Assembly: GCF_035084215.1 (NCBI RefSeq)
Contig: NC_090343.1
Location: 22,444,001-22,508,000, forward strand
Origin: Heptranchias perlo
Lineage: Eukaryota
DNA length: 64,000 bases
Direction: 5' to 3'
The notes under the pieces were generated by a model. The model was not told where the DNA came from. It did no database searches and saw only the letters and a program-made list of their open reading frames with translations. Positions 33,664 through 46,400 of the stretch are shown here, one piece after another. Both the position numbers and the translations under genes were made by a program. The stretch's first letter is position 1. Every line of letters starts with the position of its first letter.

Positions 33664-36600
33664 AAAAACCTGATCAGGCAGCACAGGCCCTGTTAGGACC
33701 TTACATTAATTTGCCTTTGGTTCAGAATGTTTGCACAAGCTCAGCTTCGCCATATGTTACTCCTTAGGGGCAACAATCACTTATTTTAATTTAAAATATA
33801 CCCTATCATGATACATATCTCTAAAAATTCAACAGAAAGCTACATGTTTAAATGGGTTTGCAATTTGTGTTATTCTTTTTTCTTTTAAGTTGTATCAAAA
33901 TTCAGGTATCTTTGTTAACAGGATCGACTGGATCACCCATGCAGTTGTATTTGAAAATGATAAGCTGTTTTATAACAGCAGAATCATCATACCATGTAAC
34001 ACATAATGTATTATTCTACTACTAAGGTATAATTTATTTAATCCAGTCCTTTAAGGTCACAAGATCCAATTGCTATAAATAGGCAATCATGTCAATTAGA
34101 GATTGATTGTGTCATGCATATCCTGAGATCCAGTGCACATGTAAAGGAATTGCTTCTTTCTTCATGTAATCTTTTAAGTGCTTCTGATGCTATGACTCAC
34201 TCTTATGCACCTGAGGCCCCAAATTGCGTTCTATGCTTCAACAGCCCCGCCTGTTACCTCCTGCTTTGTGTTATGTCTACAGCCCAACGCTGCTCCTTCC
34301 CACCGTCTGCGATACATCAACAGCCCCAGCCCATTCCTTTCCATTCTGTTACATCAGCAACCCCAAATCACTCCCTTCCATTCTCGGTGGTGAACAGCAT
34401 CAGCAGCCCCAGGCACACACTCCCCCATCCTTAGTGTCACATCAACAACACAGCCATTCTGTGTTGGTGCATCAGCAGTCTAGATCCCAGACAGCTCCCA
34501 TCTCCTCATTGGACTCCCTCCGCCGTCCATCCAATCTCCACCCCGCAGTGTCCTCATGCAGTACCATAAATACTGCAAAAAGGAGGAAATAAGTTGTAGT
34601 TACAGGAGAGAGAATTAAAAATAGGACTGTGAGAAGGTGGGGGGGGGGGCGGCAGATGAAATTGAAAAGAGAGTGAAAAGTGAAGGACAGTGAGAGAGAA
34701 GTAGCCGTAGAGGAGAGAAACAGAAGTGAAGCAGGAGGGAAGAGAGTTACAGAAGGGCTCTATCTCTGACCCACTTGCATCTACCAACGCTCCGTGCTGG
34801 CAATGGAGCCTCACAATTTCTGCCTTCAGGGTTTAAGTTGCCATCCTGCCCTACTCCTATCCTGCCTCATTTAGCTCCTGGTTGGCAAAAAGATGGGAAC
34901 TGTTCTCAAAATTAAGGCTGAACATAGAAAATAAATACCTATAAAAGGTAACGTTCTTGTTACCAAAAAAAGATTTTTTTTGGAGTTGTAACTTTGCCAA
35001 GGATAATCTAAAAATGTCTTTATTAGTGGCATGGAGACACAATGTATTTGTATACCAATATACCAAGGTGTGAATAAGATATGAATGGAAAGATTTCTGC
35101 TCCTAATTTGACAGCAGGGTTGTCATAGCAGGTGCCAAGCAGGAGAAAATGTTGGAGACAAATTCACCTTCTGCAAGTATCACACTTGTTCCAGTGGATA
35201 ATTGTGAAATGAAGCTTCTTGAAATTTACAGAACCGTATTAGCAGAGGTTTGTTAACAGGCTGTCCGTCAATCCCCTCTCAGCGAGGGAATAACGCATAG
35301 CGCGTGGAAAATTAAATGTCTAAGCTGTGCTGCACTCCATGTGGGAGTATGTGATGTTAATACTGAATACAAAACTTGATCCATTCAACAGCACTGACGT
35401 CCCTCATCATAATGAGTACAAATTAAAGCCCCACTCCTGCCCCCCCGCAAATAAAAATAATTAAATCATCTAACTTTAATATTGTTGGTGCACAAAACAA
35501 ATTATTCTTATGTTACATAACATTATAGGCACAAAGTTAACAAATATTGCTTTTGGACATCAACGATTGGAGATTAATTGGTGAATGGCAACTTCATGAC
35601 GTAGGTCACACATCAAACACATTGTGTACAACCTAATTCTTTTTGTGAAATGTCGTAAGTGCCAAATATATAGACAGCTTCCATTCAATTAGTTTCTAAC
35701 TCTTCTGAAACCATTATCAGATGATGAAATGACATTGGCACTTGGAATATTTTATTACAAACTCAGTATCCATTTATTTTAGAAACATTATAATCTACAA
35801 TAACTAGACTTTATTACATACATCAGATTTCCATGTACAAAACATCATGGCGTTCAGTTTGCTCCGGCATGCACTGGTTAATGTGTTTGGCTAAAAGTTC
35901 TTTGTGAGCTATTTTAACACTGATATTAAGTCATTTATCTATTTTAAACAGGTTAACAACTGCATTAAAACAGTGCAAAAGGAATTTATGTGAACACATT
36001 AAACAGTGCTCTCTGGAGGAAATTCAACAGCCATGGCCTAGAAATTACCATTGGTGATATGACACAAAGAATGCTTAATGGAAGAGGTAACCCATTTTAA
36101 ATAAAGTTAATGTTTTAACGGAAGAGGTAACCCATTTCAAATAAAGTTACTGCTTCTGCTAAAATAGCAGAGAAGTGTCATGCAAATACATTTACCTTTC
36201 ATCCACTAATACTGGCAACAGTAATTTTTAGAATCATAGCATGTAATTTTCATCTTCACCACTTGGGCGGTAAACAGGCAAAGCAGACCGCACATCCTTT
36301 ACAGATCCCGCCTGATTTTCATTTCCAGTGAAATCAGATGGGTTCTGTAACAGGCAAGTGATCTGCTCTACCAGTTTAACACCCAAATAATGAAGGTGAA
36401 AATTACCCCTATTTTTTATATGGGTAAATGTTCTGATTGTATGCTCCCAGTGTGGCGCCTCACCCACCAGGATCACATATCAGGAAATCACACGTGCAAC
36501 CCATAATTTTAAATTAAAAGATGGAAAAGTTTGGGTGGCACGCAAGTGGTTTCCTGATATACACCATGCTTAGAGTGGCAATTGGGAAGTTAATCCTATA

Positions 36601-37560
36601 GTATTTGAACAGAAGACTGAATACGTTGAATTATGCTGCGTATACAGTGCTGGTTAACAATCCATGCTTCATGACATCTCCTGTTGTTTCAGAAAGTAGA
36701 TCAGTACACTGAAGGGGCAGGCGTCTTAAAATGAATTTCCATTGATCTATGTTTAATCCTTCTATCATCTAGAAAACAAGCCAGACTTTACACACAGTAT
36801 GAGTGCAGGTGAGTGACATATTGATAAGATAAACAAATACTATGTGTACTGAAATGATGTTAAATCAGTCAGTATGTTTCTACGGATACAAACAAACCTT
36901 CCTGAACATGTTCAGAAGAAATTATATGTGTTAAAATGCCCTTAAAGGATTACTTTCAAACTGAAAAATAAAAATATTATAATGACAAACAATATTAATC
37001 AAATTAAATAAGGCACACAATGTAAAAAATTCCCTTTGTCTGGAGAATTTTTACTTAGAAGGAAATGCTTTAAAAGCATTTAAAGGCAAATGTTCAAAAA
37101 TTAGCACTTGATTAATGCAGCCTGCTTTCAGGAATGTACCGGTAACAGGCATTTATAAAATTTACCCGACAACATGAAAAATTCTGTTTGTCAGAGAATA
37201 GAACTTTTACATACATACTTAATATAAATGGAAGCAGGATCCATTGATCAACTCATTATTTTTGAACATCTGGCCTTAGGTCATACATTTTGAACTGAGG
37301 TCCCTGGACCCTAGGGCAAGGTTTTGTTTTTGTGGAGAGTGTAAATAAGTACAATAGCATATATCTCAAATTGCTGATACTGACTTATCTTGTTGTACCC
37401 ATTTAGGATTTATCCACAAACAAGGCAACAGACCTTTTCAAACCTTCAGATTCACAAAATTCAAACAAGATACCCACCTCCCCCCCGCAACAAATAAGAA
37501 GTATCAGCACAAATAGGACTGTGCAGCTTAGGCTCTGAAAACTACAGTACTAGGGCTCAA

Positions 37561-37574
37561 GTGCCATCTAGTGG
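37561..37574 (-). promoter_or_regulatory. CTCF consensus motif
   Basis: CCACTAGATGGCAC on the minus strand matches the CTCF core CCACYAGRKGGCRC. Confidence 0.45.
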
Positions 37575-38146
37575 GCCTGTGAAGGAATCCAGAAGGTCTC
37601 TCAGTTCAGAAGATTTCCACATTTTTCTGAATTTGTTGTCTTACTAGCACAGTATTTCTGTTGCTGTACATCAATAGAAAACATTTTCTGCAATGCAATG
37701 TTTTCCTTTGGGTGACTGACACTGTCTTTCAGAAATAATGACAAGTGCAGGACTGTGTCAGTATCTCCAGGATATCCCTAGGAGTGTGACAATATTTGCG
37801 AGAATCCCTGGAAATGTATCAGTATGTATTAATGTATGTATTAATGTTGTTGTTGAAAGGGGGAAATCAAATTTTCCCCATCAAATATGTGAGTTATATT
37901 TGTGTGTGTGTTGTTACCTGAGGAGACATGACATGCATCTGGTCAAACTATCACTTCATTTTAGAGTGTTAAGTACCATTTTGTGCCACTGAATGAATAT
38001 TAAGTTAATTTTTTAAAAATTGGCCAATTGGTACACTGAAATGATAGTGTCTGTGAGAAAAATGGCATACATGCCACAGTAACAACAAAGAAGTAATTTC
38101 CTCTCAAATTCAAGAAGTTGAAAAATTTAAAAAGTTATCACAACTG

Positions 38147-38555
38147 GTCAGTGGGTTAGATACTAGGCTTTCACTTATGGGATCTGGTTCAAATCCAACC
38201 CAGACATTTGGGATGAAAGTCTCCTCTATCTGCTGGATGTAAGGCTCCTATATGAAATGAGTTGGGTCTGTCTTAAATCAGTTCCTAATGAACATGGATC
38301 TAAAGCCCAAAACTGTTCCTAATTGGTAATCTCGTTCAGGGATGCCACAGGATGGCTGGTGTGGGAAATGGAAAAAAAGGTCAATAGGAGGGGCTTTTCT
38401 GAGGTTGTCGACTGGGACATATTGTGGGGTGGAGGCTATTCTCTACATTTGGCTGTGCTATACCTGGAAGTGCTTGATACTGACACTGGGTGCCTGAAAT
38501 GGGAGTGGGTCCCATTCTCCAGCATTAATGCTTCTCACCTTGATGAGCATAAAGG
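38147..38555 (+). mobile_element. LF-SINE-like element
   Basis: CTTTCAC...GGTTCAAATCCAACCCAG and TATGAAATGAGTTGG..CAGTTCCTA match the recalled LF-SINE core; second copy at about 38-225 (-). Confidence 0.55.
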
Positions 38556-39564
38556 GGTTTGATGAAATTTTTTAACCCAATTATTTGTGGCTATGTTCTA
38601 TTTCTAAGCCATTTTTAAGAAGCACAACAGATGGTACTGAAGATATCACCTGTGTACCTCTAATTAAAGATAAAACAATCCTTCAGCGCATTGTTGTGTA
38701 CAAGAGATGAAAACTGAAGACATTATTTGGGTTTTACACAATGGCATGTGTGCCATGAGATCTAGTGCAAGTTTAATTCTGTGGTTTCACAAAAAAACTT
38801 GAACCTTTCCTGTGATATCATGGATAGACTTGTCCAGTACTTATTTAGCTATACCCATACCAAGTACTGAATACATTGGGGACTAACCTTAGTTTTTGGG
38901 TATGTTGGGGGTTAACATTCATCATTAGATACAGTGATAATTAATCTTAATTATTGGACACGGGGTGGGGTTAACGTTAATCATTATGTTCATTGAAGGT
39001 TAACATTGCCCAAGAAGGAATTACATTTTCATAGCAAGCTCTCAGAAAATAAATTCTGTTACAAAGTGAGTTTAAATTTCAAACCTGGAACTTGCTACTT
39101 TGTAGTGCTTAGTACTACACTGCACAGTGCAATTACACACTGAGCTATTAAACACTCTTAATTGTATCATGTAACAAACTCTAACAGTTCACATGAGTTG
39201 TCAACTAAGGCAATATCACTTCATGTAATAAGAAAAGTAAGCCTTTTCCAGTTGTATATAATAATAATAATTTACATACAATTGAATCTCATTATTGCAA
39301 ACTTTCATTACAATAAATGTTTTCCTGCTCCCAGCTAAGGCACTGTTATAAGTCAATAAAGTAAGTCAAAGATTGATGGGATGATCCCAATAAGAACTGC
39401 TTTCCTTCTCCCTATGAGTTTATAGTAATGTGGTTTGATTTTAACAGAGCTGTAGTTACCATATCATGAAATGTGCATAGTATTGTGTGCATGGTACACA
39501 CTTTACTATAGTATTTGGAAAATCTTGTCACTTGACCTTTTAAAACTATAAACACACATTCAAA

Positions 39565-40115
39565 TTAAAAAGCCCCTACTTCTGTAGCCCAGAAGTGTTT
39601 TCCAATCTTTACAGCTTGTATTGGAGGTCGGGCTGCAGCAGCTGGCAATAGAGGAAGAGGATCAATGGAAAATGGGAACTGTATGGCTGACAGAGAAGAA
39701 ACTGGGAATATTGAAGGTGGTATATGTGCAGCATTTGCCATCATGGGGACAACACAACCTGTAGGGGACACTTTCTTTAACTGTTCGAGATGGATACTGC
39801 TGAGCATTGACTCCTTGTGATGACTTTGTTCTGCATGAGGAAAGCCGCCTGCGAGAACTTCAGCACTAAAATGAGATAAAGAGGTCAGCGCAGGCTGATG
39901 GGGATACCCTGCACTCCAGAGCTGATGGCTCGTCTCAACAGTCACAACTTCCCTCTGCGATGCACATGTGTTTAAATGTGACACCAGGCGAGCCTTCAAA
40001 GGATCAGAATGGTCTAGTCCTTCAGTCACACTGAGATATCTGGCAACTTCAGATAAGCATTCCCGAAATCCCAGGATCCGGTAATCTGTGGCAAATGCCT
40101 GAGTCTCAAAATAAC
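39565..40115 (-). CDS. HEY1-like: HEY-like exon 5 (Orange domain and C-terminus ...[11 protein letters not shown])
   Basis: taatag|GT TAT TTT; [48 protein letters not shown]; contains track ORF 39565..40029. Confidence 0.95.
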
Positions 40116-43100
40116 CTATTAATTCAAAACAGTAAAATTAGAAACTGTGCAAAACACCTAATTGCAATAAAATCAATTACAGTATGACAATATTCTAACT
40201 TTGAAATGAACTAAAAGGCAAGATGATTTAAAACCACAAGGTATTATACTACACTCCACCACTGGCTCCACAGATTTATCAAGCGAGCCATACAGATCAA
40301 GAAGGTCCCAAGTTCAATCCCAAGTGTGTGATGAGTAGCTGCACTATAATTGGCCTCAGTGTCCCAAATTACAAAGTGGTGAAATCAGCCATCCAATTTC
40401 CCAGTTGGCAATGGGCTTCTGTGGATATCAAATGAGGAGAAGTCCAGGCTTGGCTGTGATGATCCCTGGCGGCCAAACAGCCTCCTGACGCTCATTGTCG
40501 AGGTTCACACATAAATGATGGGTGAAGTACTGGAGGATGACTGGTATCTGTGGAAGTGATACACATATCTGGGGTAATTTTCCGACTATGCCTTCTCGGC
40601 AAGGAGCCGCACCTAAATTTCCATTGTACGTTGCAGCGGTCAAAGTGTAAAGTCAGAAAACTGCCCACTATAAACTTGGGCACGGAAATCAATGAGCCAT
40701 AGTCATGGCCCGCATGATTGTCTGTGCATTATGAATAAGAGATAGAGACCAAATCATGTAATTGAAGCAGAGAAGGATTAGGGTCTGATGCTGGAGTGAG
40801 AAAGGAGCATAGCATCAGGCTGTTATGGAGAGGGTACCAAAGTTCAAAGCTGAAGCAGAGTAGGAGAAAGAATGCAGTGGGGCAAGAGGCCAAAGAAGTA
40901 GTGGGAGGGAGCATAAAGTCTGAAGTAAATAGAAAAAAGGGCAGGCATTGAAGCTGGGAGGGGGAGAGGCTCAGTGCTTGATTTAAGGAGGAGGATTAAC
41001 CGCATAATAGAACAGGAGTGATATTAGCAAGGCTGAGACAGCGGGAAGTCCAGGATTGAGGAAAAGGCAATTGAGAAGAGGAGAAGGCAATTGAGAAGAG
41101 GAGAAGGCAATTGAGAAGCGGTCAAGGCTGGGATCAAGTTCAGAGAATGGGGAACTGCCATGACAACTATACCCATATAAATGTTTTCCTTTGGTGGAAT
41201 CTGATTGGTAGTTTTCTGTCCAATAAGAAAGTTGACTAGTGACAGTACAGATATTTGTCCATTGACAACTAAAAGATATATATATATATATATAAAATCT
41301 CACACATTTGCACAGATAAATTTCTAAACAAAAACATGCATTCACATCTTTTTTTCATTTTTGCTATCATTGCTTGACAGTAAGCTCCAGCAAAAATATG
41401 AACGTTTTATTTCACACGTGTTAAACCTGACAATGAATTTGGCTACTGCTCATCATGAACAGTATGTGCTTCCCATAGAAATCACAGCACACAAGGAGGC
41501 TATTCAGTCCATCGTGCCTGTGTCGGTGTTAACTCTTCAACTGCAGCTATCTAATCTAATCCAATTTCCCTACCCTTCGCTCGTATCCTTTTCTATTCTT
41601 CCTTTACAAATACTTATCTAATTCTCTTTGAAATGATGTAATAGTTTCTGCCTCAATAGCCATTTCCGGTAAAGCATCCCATGTTCAAAAACCACTGTGT
41701 GAAAAAAGTTCTTCTAACCTTACCCTTCATTTTCTAATGATAATCCTGAGTCTAAACCTTCTTGTTACCAATTTGCCAATCAGTGGAAATAATATTTCGC
41801 TATTTACCTTTCATAATTCTGAAAAGCTCTATTAGATCCCCGTTAACTTTTTCTGTTCCAGTGAATAACACTCCAACTTTTCAAGCCTTTCTTCATAACT
41901 ATACCCTCTCATTCTTGGTATCATTCTAATAAATCTTTGCTGTACCTTTTCCATGGTTACGATGACATGCTGCATTCTGGTCATGTACTATACAATGTGC
42001 TCCATTCCTTCAACAAGTTGAAAGGAATGTTCATAATGAGTTTATAGAAGAAAAGCTAATTTCTCAATTAATCAACTGTACATAAGCCACAGAGATTCCA
42101 CTCCATTCTATGCCCATGTTCTGCTATGCTAATAAAATTTGCATTGAAATAATATCTTACCATGCCAAAACATCTCAAAGCTCTTTACTTACAAATTACA
42201 TTTTGAACTACAATGAACAAGGAACATCCCACAAACAGCAATGAGATGAATGATCAGTTAATCTGTTTTTTGGTGCTATTGGTTAAGGGAGGAATGTTGG
42301 CCGGGAGGCCAGGAGAATTCTCTGTTCTTCTTCGAATAGTATTGTGGGATCTTTAATGTCCACCAGAAAAAAACAGAATAGGCAGATGGGATCTCGGTTA
42401 AATGTTTCATCCATATCATGATGCTACAATAGAATCCTGGCCTCGCCCCTCCATCTCTGTAACCTCCTCCAGCCCTACAACCCTCCGAGATCTCTGCGCT
42501 CCTCCAATTCTTGCCTCTTGCGCATCCCTGATTTTAATCGGTCCACCATGTGCCTTCAGCTGCCTAGGCCCTAAGCCCTGGAATTCCCTTCCTAAACCTC
42601 TCCGCCTCTCTACCTCTCTCTCCTCCTTTAAGACACTCCTTAAAACCTACCTCTTTGACCAAGCTTTTGGTCACCTGTCCTACTATCTCCATATGTGGCT
42701 CGGTGTCAAATTTTGCTTGATAATGCTCCTGTGAAGCGCCTTGGGAAGTTTTACCTCGTTAAAGGAGCTATATAAATGTGAATTGTTGTTGTTGTTGTTG
42801 TTGGAGCCACACAATGCACATAAGAGATGGCAGTATGTTGAAGTCACTTCACTACACTGGCACCTTCAGTTGCCTTGATACAAACAGCAAGCTCTGAAGG
42901 ATTACTGTTACCACACCAAGTCAATGTTTATACCATTGTAACTCCCAATTCAACCCCAGCCAGTCCAGATGAGTCTGAACTCCAGTCAAAAAGTAAAGCT
43001 TGTATTTTAGGTAGTGATGTAGAGGATATACCAGAATCAGAAACAACATATGATAAATATCTCCATAAGTGAGTTATGACCACAAACATGCACTTTCTAG

Positions 43101-43370
43101 CACAGGTCACTGGATAACAATCAGGAGTTTTCTGCTCTGTAGTCCAGGAGTGCTGAAGCCAATTTTAACAACTATCCAGCTAACTCAGCACAGGCCGGGG
43201 ATTGAACATGAGGCATTTGTGTTTGTTTTTCACATTTCATTTTTTTAACATAAATGTAGTTCCAAGATTATCATAAAATAATAGTAAACTACTGTTTAAA
43301 TGGCCTGGAAAGTAGTCTTATTCATGTCTGCAATAGATACATTATTTACAACAAGCGTCAGTTATAATCA

Positions 43371-43442
<72 letters not shown>

Positions 43443-46400
43443 ATGGCTACTCAGTCACATCAACCAAATTGGACAACTTTTTAAAATTCACTACCCGCAG
43501 ATCATAATCATCTCTGCTGCATTAGCTGGCACAAAGGTGTTGCCCACTCTAACAAATGGGCATAACAGCAGTACATTAACTTGGTGCTATCAATACACTT
43601 TCAAATGAGGAGGAAAACAAAACATTATAGTCCAAGATAGATATACTTGCAGGTAGTTTTAATATTGATTTACTTGTTTTATACATTACATTATGGGAAT
43701 TACATGTAAACTTCTCATTTAAATGCCAAATCTTAACCACAGAAAAGATAACCAAGTGGTTATGAGTGAATTTTTTGATGGATTTTGGCTCTTAGCTTGC
43801 ATTAATACTGCAGCTACCAGTCTCAGACTACTAGTATTGGTTCCAACCTGGCAGCACCTTGTTTATAGTGCCTGGCTCCAACTGCATTTCTCCTGCTTAG
43901 AGACATACACAGAGCCTCCCTCCCAGTCATTCAAATTTAACGCCTGGAATTTCCTCCACATTTCTGCACAGATACACCGTAATCTGGGTGCAAACAAATT
44001 ACTTGGACAAATTAATTAAAGAATTTTAGACGTAAGTGCGTAACGCACATAACTACAATATGCCCCAGTCTCCTCAATCTTCTACGTCCGTCGATCAAAC
44101 TCTCAAATGTGAGAATCCTCCAAATTGCACTTTTTCGGTAGGGGGGGGGGGGTGCTCTCTTAACATTGCATCCAGATTTTCAGGCGCAGTGGGAAGCAAA
44201 GTCATTTTTCTGGTCTTTTAATTGCAATTTTTTAATTAAAAAATTACCCTCACTGAGACCTGCTCTGTATTTTCCGTTTCTTTCAATGCATTTTTATGGC
44301 CTAAGTATGTCACATTAAAAACTGAAAAGCTTCCCCAATTGTTGGTTCTCAAACATGCTGGGGTAGAGTTTCTGCTTTGTAATTGCACCCAAAATGCACT
44401 TGAAATTGCTGGTGAGGTTACACTTCAAATTTCCGCTAAAATGTATTTGCATAATCACCAATGTAAAATCTCCCATGAACCAGCAAAATAGAGCAGTGTA
44501 ATAGAACGTAATCATTTTTTTTTCTTTCCATTAAAAAGTATTCCTTGATGTATTTAAGAGTGGTAACCTGGTGCAGTTTTATTAATACAGCTGAAAATGG
44601 GTTTATCAGCAAAAATAAGCATTTTTAATAAGTCCTCCACTGAAAATTACTTTAAAAAACCGATACTGGTCCATTTAATAGTATCATCAGTGGTACACTG
44701 TCTTAGTAAATTAAATATTTTTTTTAATGAAAAAGTTTTTAAAATGTGCCTACTAGTGCCTGTGCGCCTAAAAAAATGAGCGCAATTTGAAGAGCCTTCC
44801 CTAGCCAGCACAATCAGTGGAATCTTGTAATTTCGACCTGGGGTCGTGGCCAGTTTTGTGGGCAGGGCCTGATTCGGGCGATTTGAATCTTGAACCAGCG
44901 TAAAAGATCACGGAAAACACGAGCGGAAGTGGTTTTGGGTGTAACTCACATTTGAAATTCCCCGATCTTTTGTGCTGTTTTGGTTGACTCCACTCGATTG
45001 CACTGACATAACTAGCAGAAACAAGCGGCAACTTGATCCCACTGTGCCTAATGTTTATGGATGATGGTTAAATGAGTTGAAACTTCAATTTTATCACTCA
45101 AAGAAGAAATATATTGGTGTGGGTTTGATATTTCCTTGGGCCCCAATTGTTTACACTGATTTATGCCCATTTTAAATTCGGGCATATTCTAATGAGATTG
45201 GGAGGATACTTAGGTGCAACTTGACATTGGCAACATGGGCACATTTTCGGGTCTGACATCAGGGTTGCAACCGAGGAAGAAACTCCAGGCCTAAGTGCTT
45301 AATAACTGCTGGCAGGAATACCCACACTCTCTGAAACTTTCATTCAACTCCAGGTAAATTTTTAAAATTCCCAAGTTATTCCAGATTTAACACTGCACAG
45401 GAGTTCATTGGATATGTTCTTGGACACGATGGCGAGTTGAGAGTTAATAATCAAACTGAACTATAGTAACCATAGCTGGTTGATGGACCAGCAGGTTGTC
45501 TGGAAAGACAAGGAGAGAGGATGAGTTCTGTTCCGCTCCAGATGTTTGCTTATCAAAGGGAATGCTGGCTAGAATGGACATCGACCATGAGGGATTAATG
45601 TATAACTATAATACTTACGAATTAACCATAATATAGCAAGGATACAGAATGCTTTGGAATAAACATAGTGTCCTTGATAAGGCCCGGAGACAACTAATCA
45701 TAAGGATGTAAAAGGAATTGGACATATGAAGGTCTGTCTATCTATGAAATATAACGTATGTTGCTTTTGTGGTAAACAACTAGGGTATATAAGGAAGAGT
45801 TCCAGAGATAAAGTTAGGCAGCAGGAGCGAGAGGATCCCGAGTTGTACCCTTTGTACTGTATGGACTGATCATCTTTTTTTTATTCGTTCATGGGGTGTG
45901 GGCATCGCTGACAAGGCCAGCATTTATTGCCCATCTCTAAATGCCCTTGAGAAGGTGGTGGTGAGCCGCCTTCTTGAACCGCTGCAGTCCGTGTGGTGAA
46001 GGTTCTCCCACAGTGCTGTTAGTTAGGGAGTTCCAGGATTTCGACCCAGCGACAATGAAGAAATGGTGATAAATTTCCAAGTCGGGATGGTGCGTGACTT
46101 GGAGGGGAATGTGCAGGTGGTGTTGTTCCCATGTGCCTGCTGCCCTTGTCCTTCTAGATAATAGAGGTCGCGGGTTTGGGAGGTGCTGTTGAAGAAGCCT
46201 TGGCGAGTTGCTACAGTGCATCCTGTAGATGGTACACACTGCAGCCACAGTGCGCCGGGGGTGAAGGGAGTGAATGTTTAGGGTGGTGGATGGGGTCCCA
46301 ATCAAGCGGGCTGCTTTGTCTCTATACTGTATAAAGTCTGTTCCGTACACTCAACTGTCTCACGCTTACTTGAAGCATGTTGCCAGAACCACAGAGGGAA

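Noticed and set aside
34114-34592. Overlapping Ser/Pro/Gln-rich ORFs
   Set aside because: Compositionally biased, no recognisable domain or exon chain.
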